This document shows positions 27,361 through 36,281 of a stretch of DNA of 64,000 bases, one piece after another. The DNA lies in the NCBI GenBank assembly GCA_963682135.1, contig OY821645.1, positions 2,272,001 through 2,336,000 of the forward strand. The letters are read 5' to 3'. Made by a program: the position numbers and the translations under genes. A model generated the notes under the pieces. It was not told the DNA's origin and searched no databases. It saw only the letters and a program-made list of their open reading frames with translations. How positions within the stretch are numbered: the stretch's first letter is position 1; each line of letters opens with the position of its first letter. The stretch comes from Methanothrix sp. (GTDB lineage: Archaea; Halobacteriota; Methanosarcinia; Methanotrichales; Methanotrichaceae).

Positions 27361-27456
27361 TCTTCTGGCCCGCCTGGCCAGTTCATGGCCCTAAATCTGG
27401 TGAAGATGGACAAGACAAAGCAGATAATTCTTTAAGGAAGAAAGCATAAGCATAGC

Positions 27457-27663
27457 ATGATGCCTGTAAAAGTGAGATACGAAAACAATGTTCTAAAACC
27501 TCTGGAAAAGTTGGATCTAATAGATGGAGAAGAGGTTGAAATTGAGATAATTGAATCAAATGCAGATAGAATCGTAGGCCTCCTAAAAGACATCGATATA
27601 GACTCTGTTGATCTCCAACATGCTGCAAGAGATATCTGGGTGAGAAAGATTGTATCTGATTGA
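27457..27663 (+). CDS. antitoxin, DUF104/AF2212-like
   Basis: VKVRYENNVLKPLEKLDL.DGEEVEIEI; overlaps the PIN gene. Confidence 0.88.
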   Translation: MMPVKVRYENNVLKPLEKLDLIDGEEVEIEIIESNADRIVGLLKDIDIDSVDLQHAARDIWVRKIVSD

Positions 27664-28078
27664 TACCAACATCTTTCTGGAGGCTATGCTGAAGCGGATA
27701 CATAAAAATGATTGTCAGGCTCTGCTCAGAATGATTGATCGAGGAGATGTTAAAGCCTTTGTAACAACCTATTCGATTCATTCCATCGAAACCATATTGG
27801 ACAAAATAGGGGATTTGGAAGCCCTTAAGATATTTCTGAAAAGCATTGGCAAGATGAAGGGGCTGAGCATCTATAATACCGATCTTAGAGATGAGATTGC
27901 AGTTATCGACGAGATGGAAGTAGGCTTGGATTTTGATGATGCGCTCCAATCATATGTTGCCAAGAAGCTCAATTTGGAAATAATCAGTTTTGACAGACAT
28001 TTCGATGGAGTTGAAGGATTAACCAGACTTAGGCCGAAGGATGTTCTCTCCAGCGGGAAACGAAATGAACGATTTTGA
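27650..28078 (+). CDS. PIN-domain VapC toxin
   Basis: IDTNIF, DFDDALQ, SFDRHFD acidic PIN residues. Confidence 0.92.
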   Translation: MYLIDTNIFLEAMLKRIHKNDCQALLRMIDRGDVKAFVTTYSIHSIETILDKIGDLEALKIFLKSIGKMKGLSIYNTDLRDEIAVIDEMEVGLDFDDALQSYVAKKLNLEIISFDRHFDGVEGLTRLRPKDVLSSGKRNERF

Positions 28079-28148
28079 AACCCAGGTTTCCAAATCATAG
28101 TTCTCTATCCCGTTCCTCATGCCCTGCGCCAAACTATGCAAAATTCGT

Positions 28149-28266
28149 CTCTGTGCCTCTTTGGTGAAAGTTCGTAAACCCCTGGTTAAAATTCGCGCCT
28201 CAGAATATAAACCTGAAAGCAAGATCCTCCCAGCGCCTGGAGCCTCTCCGGGGATACAGTCTCCCG
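28149..28266 (+). repeat. direct repeat, right of the VapBC module
   Basis: Diverged copy of 27214-27360. Confidence 0.85.
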
Positions 28267-28372
28267 CTGTGTAGCCCACACTCCACGTGCCCCCGGGCCC
28301 GACCGGTCATTTGCAGCATCATGCAATTGTAACACGGAAAAGCATTTATGCATTGATCGGCCATATTGATTA

Positions 28373-29002
28373 ATGAAAACCTACATCTCCCTTTCAGGCT
28401 TCGACTCCTCCCAGATCGTATCCCTGATTGTGAAATACGGTGTGGAGGGCAAAGATACAATAATCCTCATCCGCCCGGAAGTTGAGCCGGACGCACGCGG
28501 CGAGCAGACGGTGCAGGCCATCCGGGATCTCTCCCGCCAAATTGACAGCTCCATCGATCTGCAAATCCATCGCGTCGATCACAGAGATTTTGAGGGAATG
28601 GTGGTCTCCTTGAAAGCTCTCCTGGAGAATGCAAAAGGCCAGATCATCGCCAACCTCTCCGGCGGGCCGCGGGAGATCTTCCTGGCCTTCACCATCGCCT
28701 GCCTCTCAGAGGCGGGGAGGATCTTCAAGGCCACCAACTACAGCGATATCGAAAGAAGCCTCCAGGAGGTCACCCTGCCCAATATCACCGCCATCCTGGA
28801 AGATCGGCAAAAGACGATCTTAAAGGACGTAAGCGAGAATCAGCCCACTAATATTACAGATATCGCAAAGCGGCTCTCGGTCTCTGAGAGCACCATCTCC
28901 CGCCAGGTGGCCCGACTGGCTGATCTTGGGGCTTTGCACCTCCTGCAAAGGGGCAAGACAAAAGTGGTACGAATAACCCTGGCAGGAAAGATACTTCTCT
29001 AA
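28373..29002 (+). CDS. csa3: CRISPR-associated CARF-HTH regulator Csa3
   Basis: TYISLSGFD, NLSGGPR CARF motifs with C-terminal wHTH; divergent from the cas operon. Confidence 0.9.
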   Translation: MKTYISLSGFDSSQIVSLIVKYGVEGKDTIILIRPEVEPDARGEQTVQAIRDLSRQIDSSIDLQIHRVDHRDFEGMVVSLKALLENAKGQIIANLSGGPREIFLAFTIACLSEAGRIFKATNYSDIERSLQEVTLPNITAILEDRQKTILKDVSENQPTNITDIAKRLSVSESTISRQVARLADLGALHLLQRGKTKVVRITLAGKILL

Positions 29003-29056
29003 AATATGATGCAATCCACTGCAAACCACAAAGAGACTGATAATAGCCATCCCCGA

Positions 29057-29194
29057 AAAATCCTCCTGGTCACAGGCAGAATGGCACAGGCCCAGGTCAG
29101 AGCCTTTGCAGAGGGCGCGGACGTTCTGGTGGACAATATGGCCGCCTTCCTCACACCTGAGCTATTTCTCTGCGCCTCCCCACGCGGCTACGAC
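29057..29194 (+). pseudogene. 5' fragment of dihydropteroate-synthase-like gene
   Basis: KILLVTGRMA.AQVR...AAF.TPEL...ASP.GYD matches the N terminus of 41047-42552. Confidence 0.85.
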
Positions 29195-29205
29195 CCGTTT
29201 CTCTC

Positions 29206-29820
29206 TTACCGCTCTTCCTTCCTTCTCTTGCGAAGCTCTATTGCATCATTTCTTATCTTCTCGAAGTATTCAGACTCCACAATCATGGAAACCTCCCTTC
29301 TTGTCCTCTCCTGATCGATGCGAATTTCAAGCTCCTTTGCTGCCTGCAGAATATCCCTTAGCGAAAAAGCTGCCAGGACGGTAAAAATGCTCTGCAGAAT
29401 GCCGGAAAACTCCTCCCCTACCAGCAGCAGCATTCCGACCTTCGAGTCAGACCCGCACAGACCGCTGGGAAGGTGCTGCAGATTAGGGCAGAACTCCTGA
29501 TAGACCAAACCGGCAAACCAGAAGAGATCGCTCAGCATCCAGTAGAAAAGCCCCAGGGCCAAAAGCCCGATTCCCGGTCCGAACTGGTTGCCCTTCATCC
29601 TCTCGGCGAGCACTGCGGCAATGACAAACGCAGCCATCTCAGCCAGGAGCTCTATTGCTCCATTCGTGAGGCTGATCCAGTTTGATGCCGCCGCCATGTA
29701 GTCGCCGCTTGCGAAGATGGTTGAAAGCGGCAGGACGAGGATCAGCAGGACGAGATTGGCTGCTAATACCGGCATCCACCTCTTGCCGATCAGCTTGCAG
29801 ACCTCATTTATCTCTGTCAT
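29206..29820 (-). CDS. integral membrane protein (about 4 TM)
   Basis: Hydrophobic segments and a charged C-terminal helix. Confidence 0.7.
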   Translation of the reverse strand: MTEINEVCKLIGKRWMPVLAANLVLLILVLPLSTIFASGDYMAAASNWISLTNGAIELLAEMAAFVIAAVLAERMKGNQFGPGIGLLALGLFYWMLSDLFWFAGLVYQEFCPNLQHLPSGLCGSDSKVGMLLLVGEEFSGILQSIFTVLAAFSLRDILQAAKELEIRIDQERTRREVSMIVESEYFEKIRNDAIELRKRRKEER

Positions 29821-29871
29821 TTCCGCTCTCCTAAGTCACGTCGGATGCTCCCTCAAGCTCCTTAATGCACC

Positions 29872-30294
29872 TTAAGCATCCTTCTTAATCCGCCCCTTAA
29901 GAGAATTCCAGATGTTCTGTGGAACCCTGCGGGGCTGCTTTTTGGCCATGACTGCCAGATATCTGCTCTTTCCCTCCTTGATTGTCTCCTTCACATATCC
30001 CATATCTTGAAGTCTCTTCAGCCTTCCCCTGATCGTCTCCTCATCAGCATCCGCTCTTCTGGCCAGATCAGAGAGGCTGGCGCCTCCCAGCTTCGTCAAA
30101 TCAAGAACGATAGACCTCAAGAGCGGATCTGTTTCCAGCAGGCCGGCCAGGGAGAAGCCTTTATGGCCCTCTTTCGCAGTCGTCTCGTCTTTCTCTTCCA
30201 TCTCATCTCTGAGCAGACTCTCCAGTTCGTCTAACCGCTCACGTATTGCCTTCAGTTCGTCCAGAATCGACAGAGCCAGATCCTCACTTACCAT
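29872..30294 (-). CDS. coiled-coil + winged-helix DNA-binding protein
   Basis: ASLSDLARR.DADEETIRGRLKRLQDMGYV wHTH. Confidence 0.75.
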   Translation of the reverse strand: MVSEDLALSILDELKAIRERLDELESLLRDEMEEKDETTAKEGHKGFSLAGLLETDPLLRSIVLDLTKLGGASLSDLARRADADEETIRGRLKRLQDMGYVKETIKEGKSRYLAVMAKKQPRRVPQNIWNSLKGRIKKDA

Positions 30295-30520
30295 CTTCCC
30301 ACCTCCTTTCATCCAGCTCCGGCATATCCACCGGCGAGGGAAGGGGCTTGCACATTCCGCAATACAGAGCGCCTGATACTACTATGGCTCTGGAGCCTCC
30401 CCCGCCCGGGCAATACACCGATAAGATGAAGGGCATTTCAGCAGCATGCTCCTTGCATACCGCTCTTCCGCAAAACCGGCAAATGCCGTATGCTTCTTGG
30501 CCACATTTCCAGCATTTCAT
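30284..30520 (-). CDS. small Zn-finger protein (DUF2180-like)
   Basis: CWKC..AYGICRFCGRAVCKEH..CGMC. Confidence 0.75.
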   Translation of the reverse strand: MKCWKCGQEAYGICRFCGRAVCKEHAAEMPFILSVYCPGGGGSRAIVVSGALYCGMCKPLPSPVDMPELDERRWEDGK

Positions 30521-31917
30521 CTCTCTTCACCATGATGCATCAGTTTAATGGATTTGATCCCCTTCCTGAGAGCCTCGATTATCGAGCTTGCCAGCGAGAG
30601 CAGAATCAGGATCCCGGCAGCGGCAAGAATGATCCTGACGCCAATTCCCTCCTCCTGCCATATGATCTGAAAGGCCGGATAGATGGCATGGGCCCAGAGA
30701 GACGGAACCATGCTGATGAATATGATCGACCAGAGAGCAGACATCATGCCGAAGACCACAAAGATCTTCTCCTCGCGGCTAAAGCTGATTGAACTGATTC
30801 GGCCCGCCCGCAGCCTCTGCCACAGCTCTCCCTTGATAAACGCCAGAGACCTTGCCCGCAGGCCCGGCATCTCAAGATAGTTCATGAGCATGTAGTATCC
30901 ATCCCATTCCAGGAGAGGGTTGAGATTCATCAGCATGCTGAACATTCCCAGCACGGAGATCATGAAGAGCAGAGGAACAAACCCGGACGAGGGAAAGAGT
31001 GCCATGGCAATGGAGCAGATCGATGCAATTATCATAGTCACAAAAGGCCCTGCCCAGCTCACGGCAATTCTCTGATTCTTTGTGCCTAGCCACATATCGG
31101 TCGTATCCACAAAGAAGCACGGTGCTCCAAAATAGAGCAGGAAACCGCCCTTTATGACCTTCCTGCCGAAAGCCTTGACCGCGAGACCATGACCGTGTTC
31201 GTGCACAATGGCAAGCGCATAGTTGAGGAAAAAAAGGCCGACGACTCCCAGAAAAGCGCTGCCGCTATAGTTCGACAGTGCCTCTTCTTCATGGAGCAGC
31301 TGCCAAAGAAATAGGACAGATCCGATTGCGGAAAAGGCCGCCAGAATCGCCAGAGAGGGTGCGGTAAAGAGTATCCTGCCGCCGTTTCGGTATAGCCAAT
31401 CAAAATACCTGTCTGCATCTATGGCAAGCTCTCCCTGAGAGAGCCTTTGAAAGAGGCGAGCCGATCGATGGGCTACACTTTTAGCCTCGGTTCGCTCAAA
31501 GATCAATTTGTACAGGTCCCACTTGCTCTTCACCAGGAAGGAGTTGCTCTGCAGCGTGGCCAGCAGACCAAAGAGCTGATTGATGGGAGGATTGCCGAAT
31601 TTCAGCATATAATCCATTATGATATCTGTCAGGGAATGCTTTCCATCCATAAGTTTCCAGAGATAGAATCCCTTTTCATCCAGCTTGATGTATGTATCCT
31701 GGAGCGTATTCCTTATGACGTAATACTTCTCGCGGCAGAATTCCTGCTCATTGATCTCGACCTTATCGATAACCAGGGGCTTGGACCGGGAAAAGTCAAT
31801 CCTGTCCCTTAACCCAGCCCATAGGTCTTGACCCGTCGGATGCTCTTCCTCAAGCTTCCCCTCCAGGTCAGACCATAATCCTCCCTGCTCTCCTGTGCCA
31901 CCTGTGTCTGATCTCAT
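30517..31917 (-). CDS. PqqD/RRE domain fused to M50 (site-2) membrane metallopeptidase
   Basis: N-terminal YIKLDEKGFYLWKLMDGKHSLTDI (RRE-like); HEHGH, AGP and NLNPLLEWDG M50 motifs. Confidence 0.85.
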   Translation of the reverse strand: MRSDTGGTGEQGGLWSDLEGKLEEEHPTGQDLWAGLRDRIDFSRSKPLVIDKVEINEQEFCREKYYVIRNTLQDTYIKLDEKGFYLWKLMDGKHSLTDIIMDYMLKFGNPPINQLFGLLATLQSNSFLVKSKWDLYKLIFERTEAKSVAHRSARLFQRLSQGELAIDADRYFDWLYRNGGRILFTAPSLAILAAFSAIGSVLFLWQLLHEEEALSNYSGSAFLGVVGLFFLNYALAIVHEHGHGLAVKAFGRKVIKGGFLLYFGAPCFFVDTTDMWLGTKNQRIAVSWAGPFVTMIIASICSIAMALFPSSGFVPLLFMISVLGMFSMLMNLNPLLEWDGYYMLMNYLEMPGLRARSLAFIKGELWQRLRAGRISSISFSREEKIFVVFGMMSALWSIIFISMVPSLWAHAIYPAFQIIWQEEGIGVRIILAAAGILILLSLASSIIEALRKGIKSIKLMHHGEER

Positions 31918-31923
31918 CCAACT

Positions 31924-32691
31924 TCATCTAGCCGCAGCAATCCGGTCTGCAATTTTGTCAATCTCCCTGGAGATCGGATGGTCCCTCTGGCTCGCGTAGA
32001 TCACGCTCCTGCTCTCCAGCCGCATCAATTCATCCGACTGTGCAAGGACCGCCGCCACTTCACAGCCGTAGGTCTTCTCCGCTTCTCCGGCAATTCTCTT
32101 TGCATCATAGCCTGCCAGCAGCTTATTTATGACCAGCAATGGTCTCGGCACCTCCAGCCGCCTGCAGACCTCAAGGGTGACAGAAGTTCCCTGATAATCC
32201 TGATAATCAGGCCGCATGATGATCAGCAGGACATCGGAGATGGCGAGCGATAGCAGGCTCTCCTCTCCAATTCCCGGATGGGTATCAATCAGCAGATAAT
32301 CGAGATTAAGCGAGCGCATGATCCGGGAAAAGCCCTCGCTCAATGACGATACCTCGTACCCTTCCTTGAGAATCCTGGTGATGTCATTAACGCCGATGCT
32401 GGACGGGACCAGGTAGACCTTCCCCCCGGCTTCTCTAATGCCCGAAAGCCTCTCCGAGACATCCCTTGCCGCCTCCTCAATGGTGCATCTGCCCCAAAGG
32501 TAATCATTTAAAGATGGAGTCGTATCCTCTGCCTTCAGACCGAAGAATACATGCACTCCTGGAGACTGAACATCGGTATCTACGATGCATACCCGATGGC
32601 CTCTACATGCAAGGCAGGCAGCCAGGTTGGCGATTATACTGGATTTTCCTGTTCCCCCCCGAAAGGAGTGAGCAACGATGATCTTACCCAT
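31924..32691 (-). CDS. MinD/ParA-family ATPase
   Basis: HSFRGGTGKS deviant Walker A, DTD, IDTHPG. Confidence 0.92.
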   Translation of the reverse strand: MGKIIVAHSFRGGTGKSSIIANLAACLACRGHRVCIVDTDVQSPGVHVFFGLKAEDTTPSLNDYLWGRCTIEEAARDVSERLSGIREAGGKVYLVPSSIGVNDITRILKEGYEVSSLSEGFSRIMRSLNLDYLLIDTHPGIGEESLLSLAISDVLLIIMRPDYQDYQGTSVTLEVCRRLEVPRPLLVINKLLAGYDAKRIAGEAEKTYGCEVAAVLAQSDELMRLESRSVIYASQRDHPISREIDKIADRIAAAR

Positions 32692-32695
32692 GGGA

Positions 32696-34231
32696 TCACA
32701 CCTCTATTTCAATTCGACCTAAATACCTCAGATATGCCTCATCATCTGCATAATTCATGAACATGATTCGCCCGAGGGGCGCGTTTCTGGGACTGGCAGA
32801 ATTCCGAATAGGAGCTTTGCCTCCACCTGGCTTCCCACTGCCGCTCAATAGAACATGCATCATATTGCATTTATTTAGCTCGAATACAATGTCCTTGAAA
32901 TCCTTTTCCTTCAAATGGGGTGACATCTTGAGGCGGTAATCACTGTGGAACATGCGCATGATATCAAATATCTCCAGACCGTCTTCAATCCCGAATGCTT
33001 TCCGCTCATCCCAGAGACGGGAGCCGGGAAACTGCTGAAACCAGTTCATAATTGCCCATCCATCGTACTCTGAGACCAGCTTATCGGCAAACGCCACCGT
33101 CTGGAAGCATTCATTCCGGCTCTCCCAGGGAAATCCCAGGATAAAGCTGTAGTAGACGGGAATATTCCTTTCCCGAGCCTTGCCGGCGCACTTTTCCACC
33201 ATCTCCAGATCAATTCCCTTCCGAATCCTTCGCAGGCCGGACGGGTAGCCGCACTCAATTCCGGCGAGAATAAAATCCAGCGGGAGACCTGTACACAGGT
33301 CCAGAATCTTAGATCTGACCAGATCGTCGACTCTCGCCTCAAAGTCAATGCAGAAATCACCCAGATCCATAGCCTTGAGTGCTTGCAGGATCTCCTCACA
33401 CCTTTTTCGATTGCCGGCAAAATTGCCGTCAACAATGGAGAGATTCTTTCTCCCCCGACGCAACTTTCCCTCATGCTCAATTGCATGCTCAATTCGCTGA
33501 AGTGAGGCCCGGGGACGGCAGCTTCTCCACCCACCCCTCGACGCCAGTGTGCAAAAGGTGCAATTGAAACGGCAGCCGCGTGAGGTCTCAACACAGATCT
33601 TGCTGTAAATGCCCGATGGCAGAAGGTCCAGAGCGGGAAGCGGATTGTCATCCAGCTCTTCCAAAGAGAGCTGCTTACGATCTCGATTTACAGCAATCTC
33701 CCCATTCTTCCGATAGGATATTCCATCCACGCTATCAAGCGCTCTTCCGTTCTCAAGAGAATTAAGAAGCTCCGGGAAGGTCCTCTCTCCCTCGCCTCGC
33801 ACAATGTAGTCTACATCAGTTGCCTCTAAGATGTGACGGTCGGCCAGAGTGGGATGAATTCCTCCCGCAATTATGGGAAGGTCTGGATCCAATTCTTTGA
33901 CCCTTTTTGCCATTAGCCTGGCCAGGAACCAGTTGAAGCTGGTGGCTGAAATGCAGACAGCATCCTTATTCTTGAGGCTTCTCTCCAGCGCTGGAAATTG
34001 CAGGCTCGCCTGATTGTCAATGAGAGTGATTTTAATCGTTCTCATTCCATTGATTTCAAAATAATTGTCCGCCGGATCCAGCAGACAGACCTGATGGTCA
34101 GAGCGAGCTATTGATGCCAGCAAATAGATGGAATTGCACGGTGCCAACCCCGGCTGGAAAGAGTCGATTTCACGCTCGAAATTGGCTGAGCCGACATCAA
34201 ACATTGGGGCTGATGTGAGCAGAAGATTCAT
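32696..34231 (-). CDS. B12-binding radical SAM enzyme (1)
   Basis: GGIHPT, RGEGE, SRGCRFNCTFC. Confidence 0.93.
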   Translation of the reverse strand: MNLLLTSAPMFDVGSANFEREIDSFQPGLAPCNSIYLLASIARSDHQVCLLDPADNYFEINGMRTIKITLIDNQASLQFPALERSLKNKDAVCISATSFNWFLARLMAKRVKELDPDLPIIAGGIHPTLADRHILEATDVDYIVRGEGERTFPELLNSLENGRALDSVDGISYRKNGEIAVNRDRKQLSLEELDDNPLPALDLLPSGIYSKICVETSRGCRFNCTFCTLASRGGWRSCRPRASLQRIEHAIEHEGKLRRGRKNLSIVDGNFAGNRKRCEEILQALKAMDLGDFCIDFEARVDDLVRSKILDLCTGLPLDFILAGIECGYPSGLRRIRKGIDLEMVEKCAGKARERNIPVYYSFILGFPWESRNECFQTVAFADKLVSEYDGWAIMNWFQQFPGSRLWDERKAFGIEDGLEIFDIMRMFHSDYRLKMSPHLKEKDFKDIVFELNKCNMMHVLLSGSGKPGGGKAPIRNSASPRNAPLGRIMFMNYADDEAYLRYLGRIEIEV

Positions 34232-34430
34232 CTCTGGCCTCCGTGTTTTTTTTGCCTATCTATTAGAAATATTATTCTCAGATATTCCCATTTGTCTTAA
34301 TATGCTCCAAGTATTTAATTATTGCTGAAATTGATTTTTTATTGTATGTTAGATTAAACCGTATAATCAAGTTTGAAAAGCGAAATAAATAAATAGCTGA
34401 ATTGCCTACAGGAAACAAGGAGGTTTTTTC
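34232..34430. promoter_or_regulatory. AT-rich divergent promoter region of the RiPP-like cluster
   Basis: AT-rich intergenic gap between divergent genes; AAGGAGG RBS before the TTG at 34431. Confidence 0.55.
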
Positions 34431-34652
34431 TTGGCATCTAAGGAAGAAATGGAGCGATTGGTTGGAAAGGTTATATCAGACGGATCATTCAGACAGAGCT
34501 TTTTAAAAGAGCCAAAGGCGAGCGCCTCAAAGGTCGGCATAGTTCTTACGCCAGAACAGGAAGCATCCTTTAAAAAGGCTGATTTCGCCAAGATGGTTGG
34601 CGAATTAGAGAAAGTGGCCTCAAAGAGCGGCTGCATCTCTCCATGTATGTAG
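34431..34652 (+). CDS. putative RiPP precursor peptide (NHLP-clan leader, Os1348/Franean1_4349-like), core ~SGCISPCM
   Basis: ERLVGKVISDGSFRQSFLKEP..A...G..LTPEQ leader pattern; strong RBS; lies amid five radical SAM genes. Confidence 0.82.
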   Translation: MASKEEMERLVGKVISDGSFRQSFLKEPKASASKVGIVLTPEQEASFKKADFAKMVGELEKVASKSGCISPCM

Positions 34653-34694
34653 CTGTGCATAGAGACAACTAATCTTTTTTGGAAAATACCGACG

Positions 34695-36236
34695 ATGAAA
34701 GTCCTCTTGACCGCAACGCCCAGATTTGACTTTCAGATGGATTCATATAAAAATGATGTAGATTTTTATAAAAGAAACCTGCGCCCCTCTCTAGCACTAT
34801 ACCAGCTTGCTTCCCTCTTGCAGCCCAATCACCAGGTTGAGATTCTCGATCCCGCATGCAGCGACTTCTCGCTGCCGGGTGGCGGCCATGTGCACATGCT
34901 GGAGAGAGAGAGACTGAAAGCCCTGCATTTTCCGAGTCTGGAAAGAAAAATCTGCGGCATGAATGCTATCTGCATCTCTTCGACCAGCTTTGACTGGTTC
35001 CTGGCAAAATCCATGATAAGTCGCATAAAGGAATATGATAATGACTTGCCGGTAATTGTTGGCGGAATTCATTCCACAATTGCAGACCGCTACATCCTTG
35101 AGTCGTCCAATGTTGATTTTGCGGCAAGAGGAGAAGGGGAAAAGACCCTTCCAGAGCTTCTCACTGCTATGGAAGAAGGCGGCGATCTCCGGAAAATTGA
35201 GGGACTGTCGCTTAGAAGCGGCGGCGCTGTAAGGAGAAACAGGGATCGTCCACTGCTCTCCGCAAAGGAGCTGGAGGAGATGCCCCTTCCGGCAATGGAG
35301 CTCATGCCGTCTGGCATTTACGGAAAGCTCACTGCCGAGACATCCAGGGGCTGCCACTACAAGTGCGCCTTTTGTAGCATCTCATTTAGCAGAACCTGGA
35401 GAGGAATCAGCCCAGAAGCGGCGATAAAGAGAATTGAGCATGCGGCCTCATTTTCCGGAAAGCTCTACGGTCGGGAAAGATCGATCACATTGGTGGATGA
35501 CAACTTCACCGCAGATAGGAAGAGAGCTGAGAAGATCCTGGAAAGCCTTAAGGATGCAGATCTTGGAGAGATGAGCCTGGCCTTCGAAGGACGGGCAAAT
35601 GAGATATTGGATTCAAATATACTGCCCCTGTGCAGAGATCTTCCCCTGGATTATCTCTTCTTTGGGGTAGAATGCGGATACGAACGCGGCTTGAGGATGA
35701 TTCAAAAAGGAATTCATACCGATACCGTGATCAAATGCGCTGAGCAGGCAAAGAGATGCGGCATATTGCTGCACTACGGATTTATCGCCGGGCTGCCCTG
35801 GGAGACAAAAGAGGATTGCCTGAGCACCGTAGCCTTCGCCAATCGGCTGGTGTCTGAATTTGACGGTTTTGCATTCATCAGCTGGTTTCATATCTTTCCC
35901 GGCTCCAGGCTCTGGGATGAAAGAAAGAGGTACGGAATCGATGACGGTCTCGAGCTTTATGACGACATCTATCATCGAACCAAAGAATACCGTCCCAGAA
36001 TGTCTCCTAACCTCTCCATGGATGATCTCCTGGTGATTGAGCATGAGATCGATAAATGCAATCTGATGCGGGTTTTAAGCCATAATGATAAGGACAGCTC
36101 TGCAGACGAAATCGCCCATTCGGCATATTCGAAGGAGGGTGGCTACTCTCTGTCCAGGACCAAAGGATATCTTCAAAGATTTGAGCTGCCGGATAAGGAG
36201 ACATCGTTGATATACATCGATCCGATCGGATCTTGA
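34695..36236 (+). CDS. B12-binding radical SAM enzyme (2)
   Basis: GGIHST, RGEGE, SRGCHYKCAFC. Confidence 0.93.
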   Translation: MKVLLTATPRFDFQMDSYKNDVDFYKRNLRPSLALYQLASLLQPNHQVEILDPACSDFSLPGGGHVHMLERERLKALHFPSLERKICGMNAICISSTSFDWFLAKSMISRIKEYDNDLPVIVGGIHSTIADRYILESSNVDFAARGEGEKTLPELLTAMEEGGDLRKIEGLSLRSGGAVRRNRDRPLLSAKELEEMPLPAMELMPSGIYGKLTAETSRGCHYKCAFCSISFSRTWRGISPEAAIKRIEHAASFSGKLYGRERSITLVDDNFTADRKRAEKILESLKDADLGEMSLAFEGRANEILDSNILPLCRDLPLDYLFFGVECGYERGLRMIQKGIHTDTVIKCAEQAKRCGILLHYGFIAGLPWETKEDCLSTVAFANRLVSEFDGFAFISWFHIFPGSRLWDERKRYGIDDGLELYDDIYHRTKEYRPRMSPNLSMDDLLVIEHEIDKCNLMRVLSHNDKDSSADEIAHSAYSKEGGYSLSRTKGYLQRFELPDKETSLIYIDPIGS

Positions 36237-36281
36237 GAATCGCCTTAAAGGACGAATATCACAAAGGGATCACGCCGAAAT

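Noticed and set aside
29006-29314. 102-aa ORF as an intact gene
   Set aside because: Similarity to the DHPS-like protein stops at ~29194 and the rest is antisense to the membrane-protein gene
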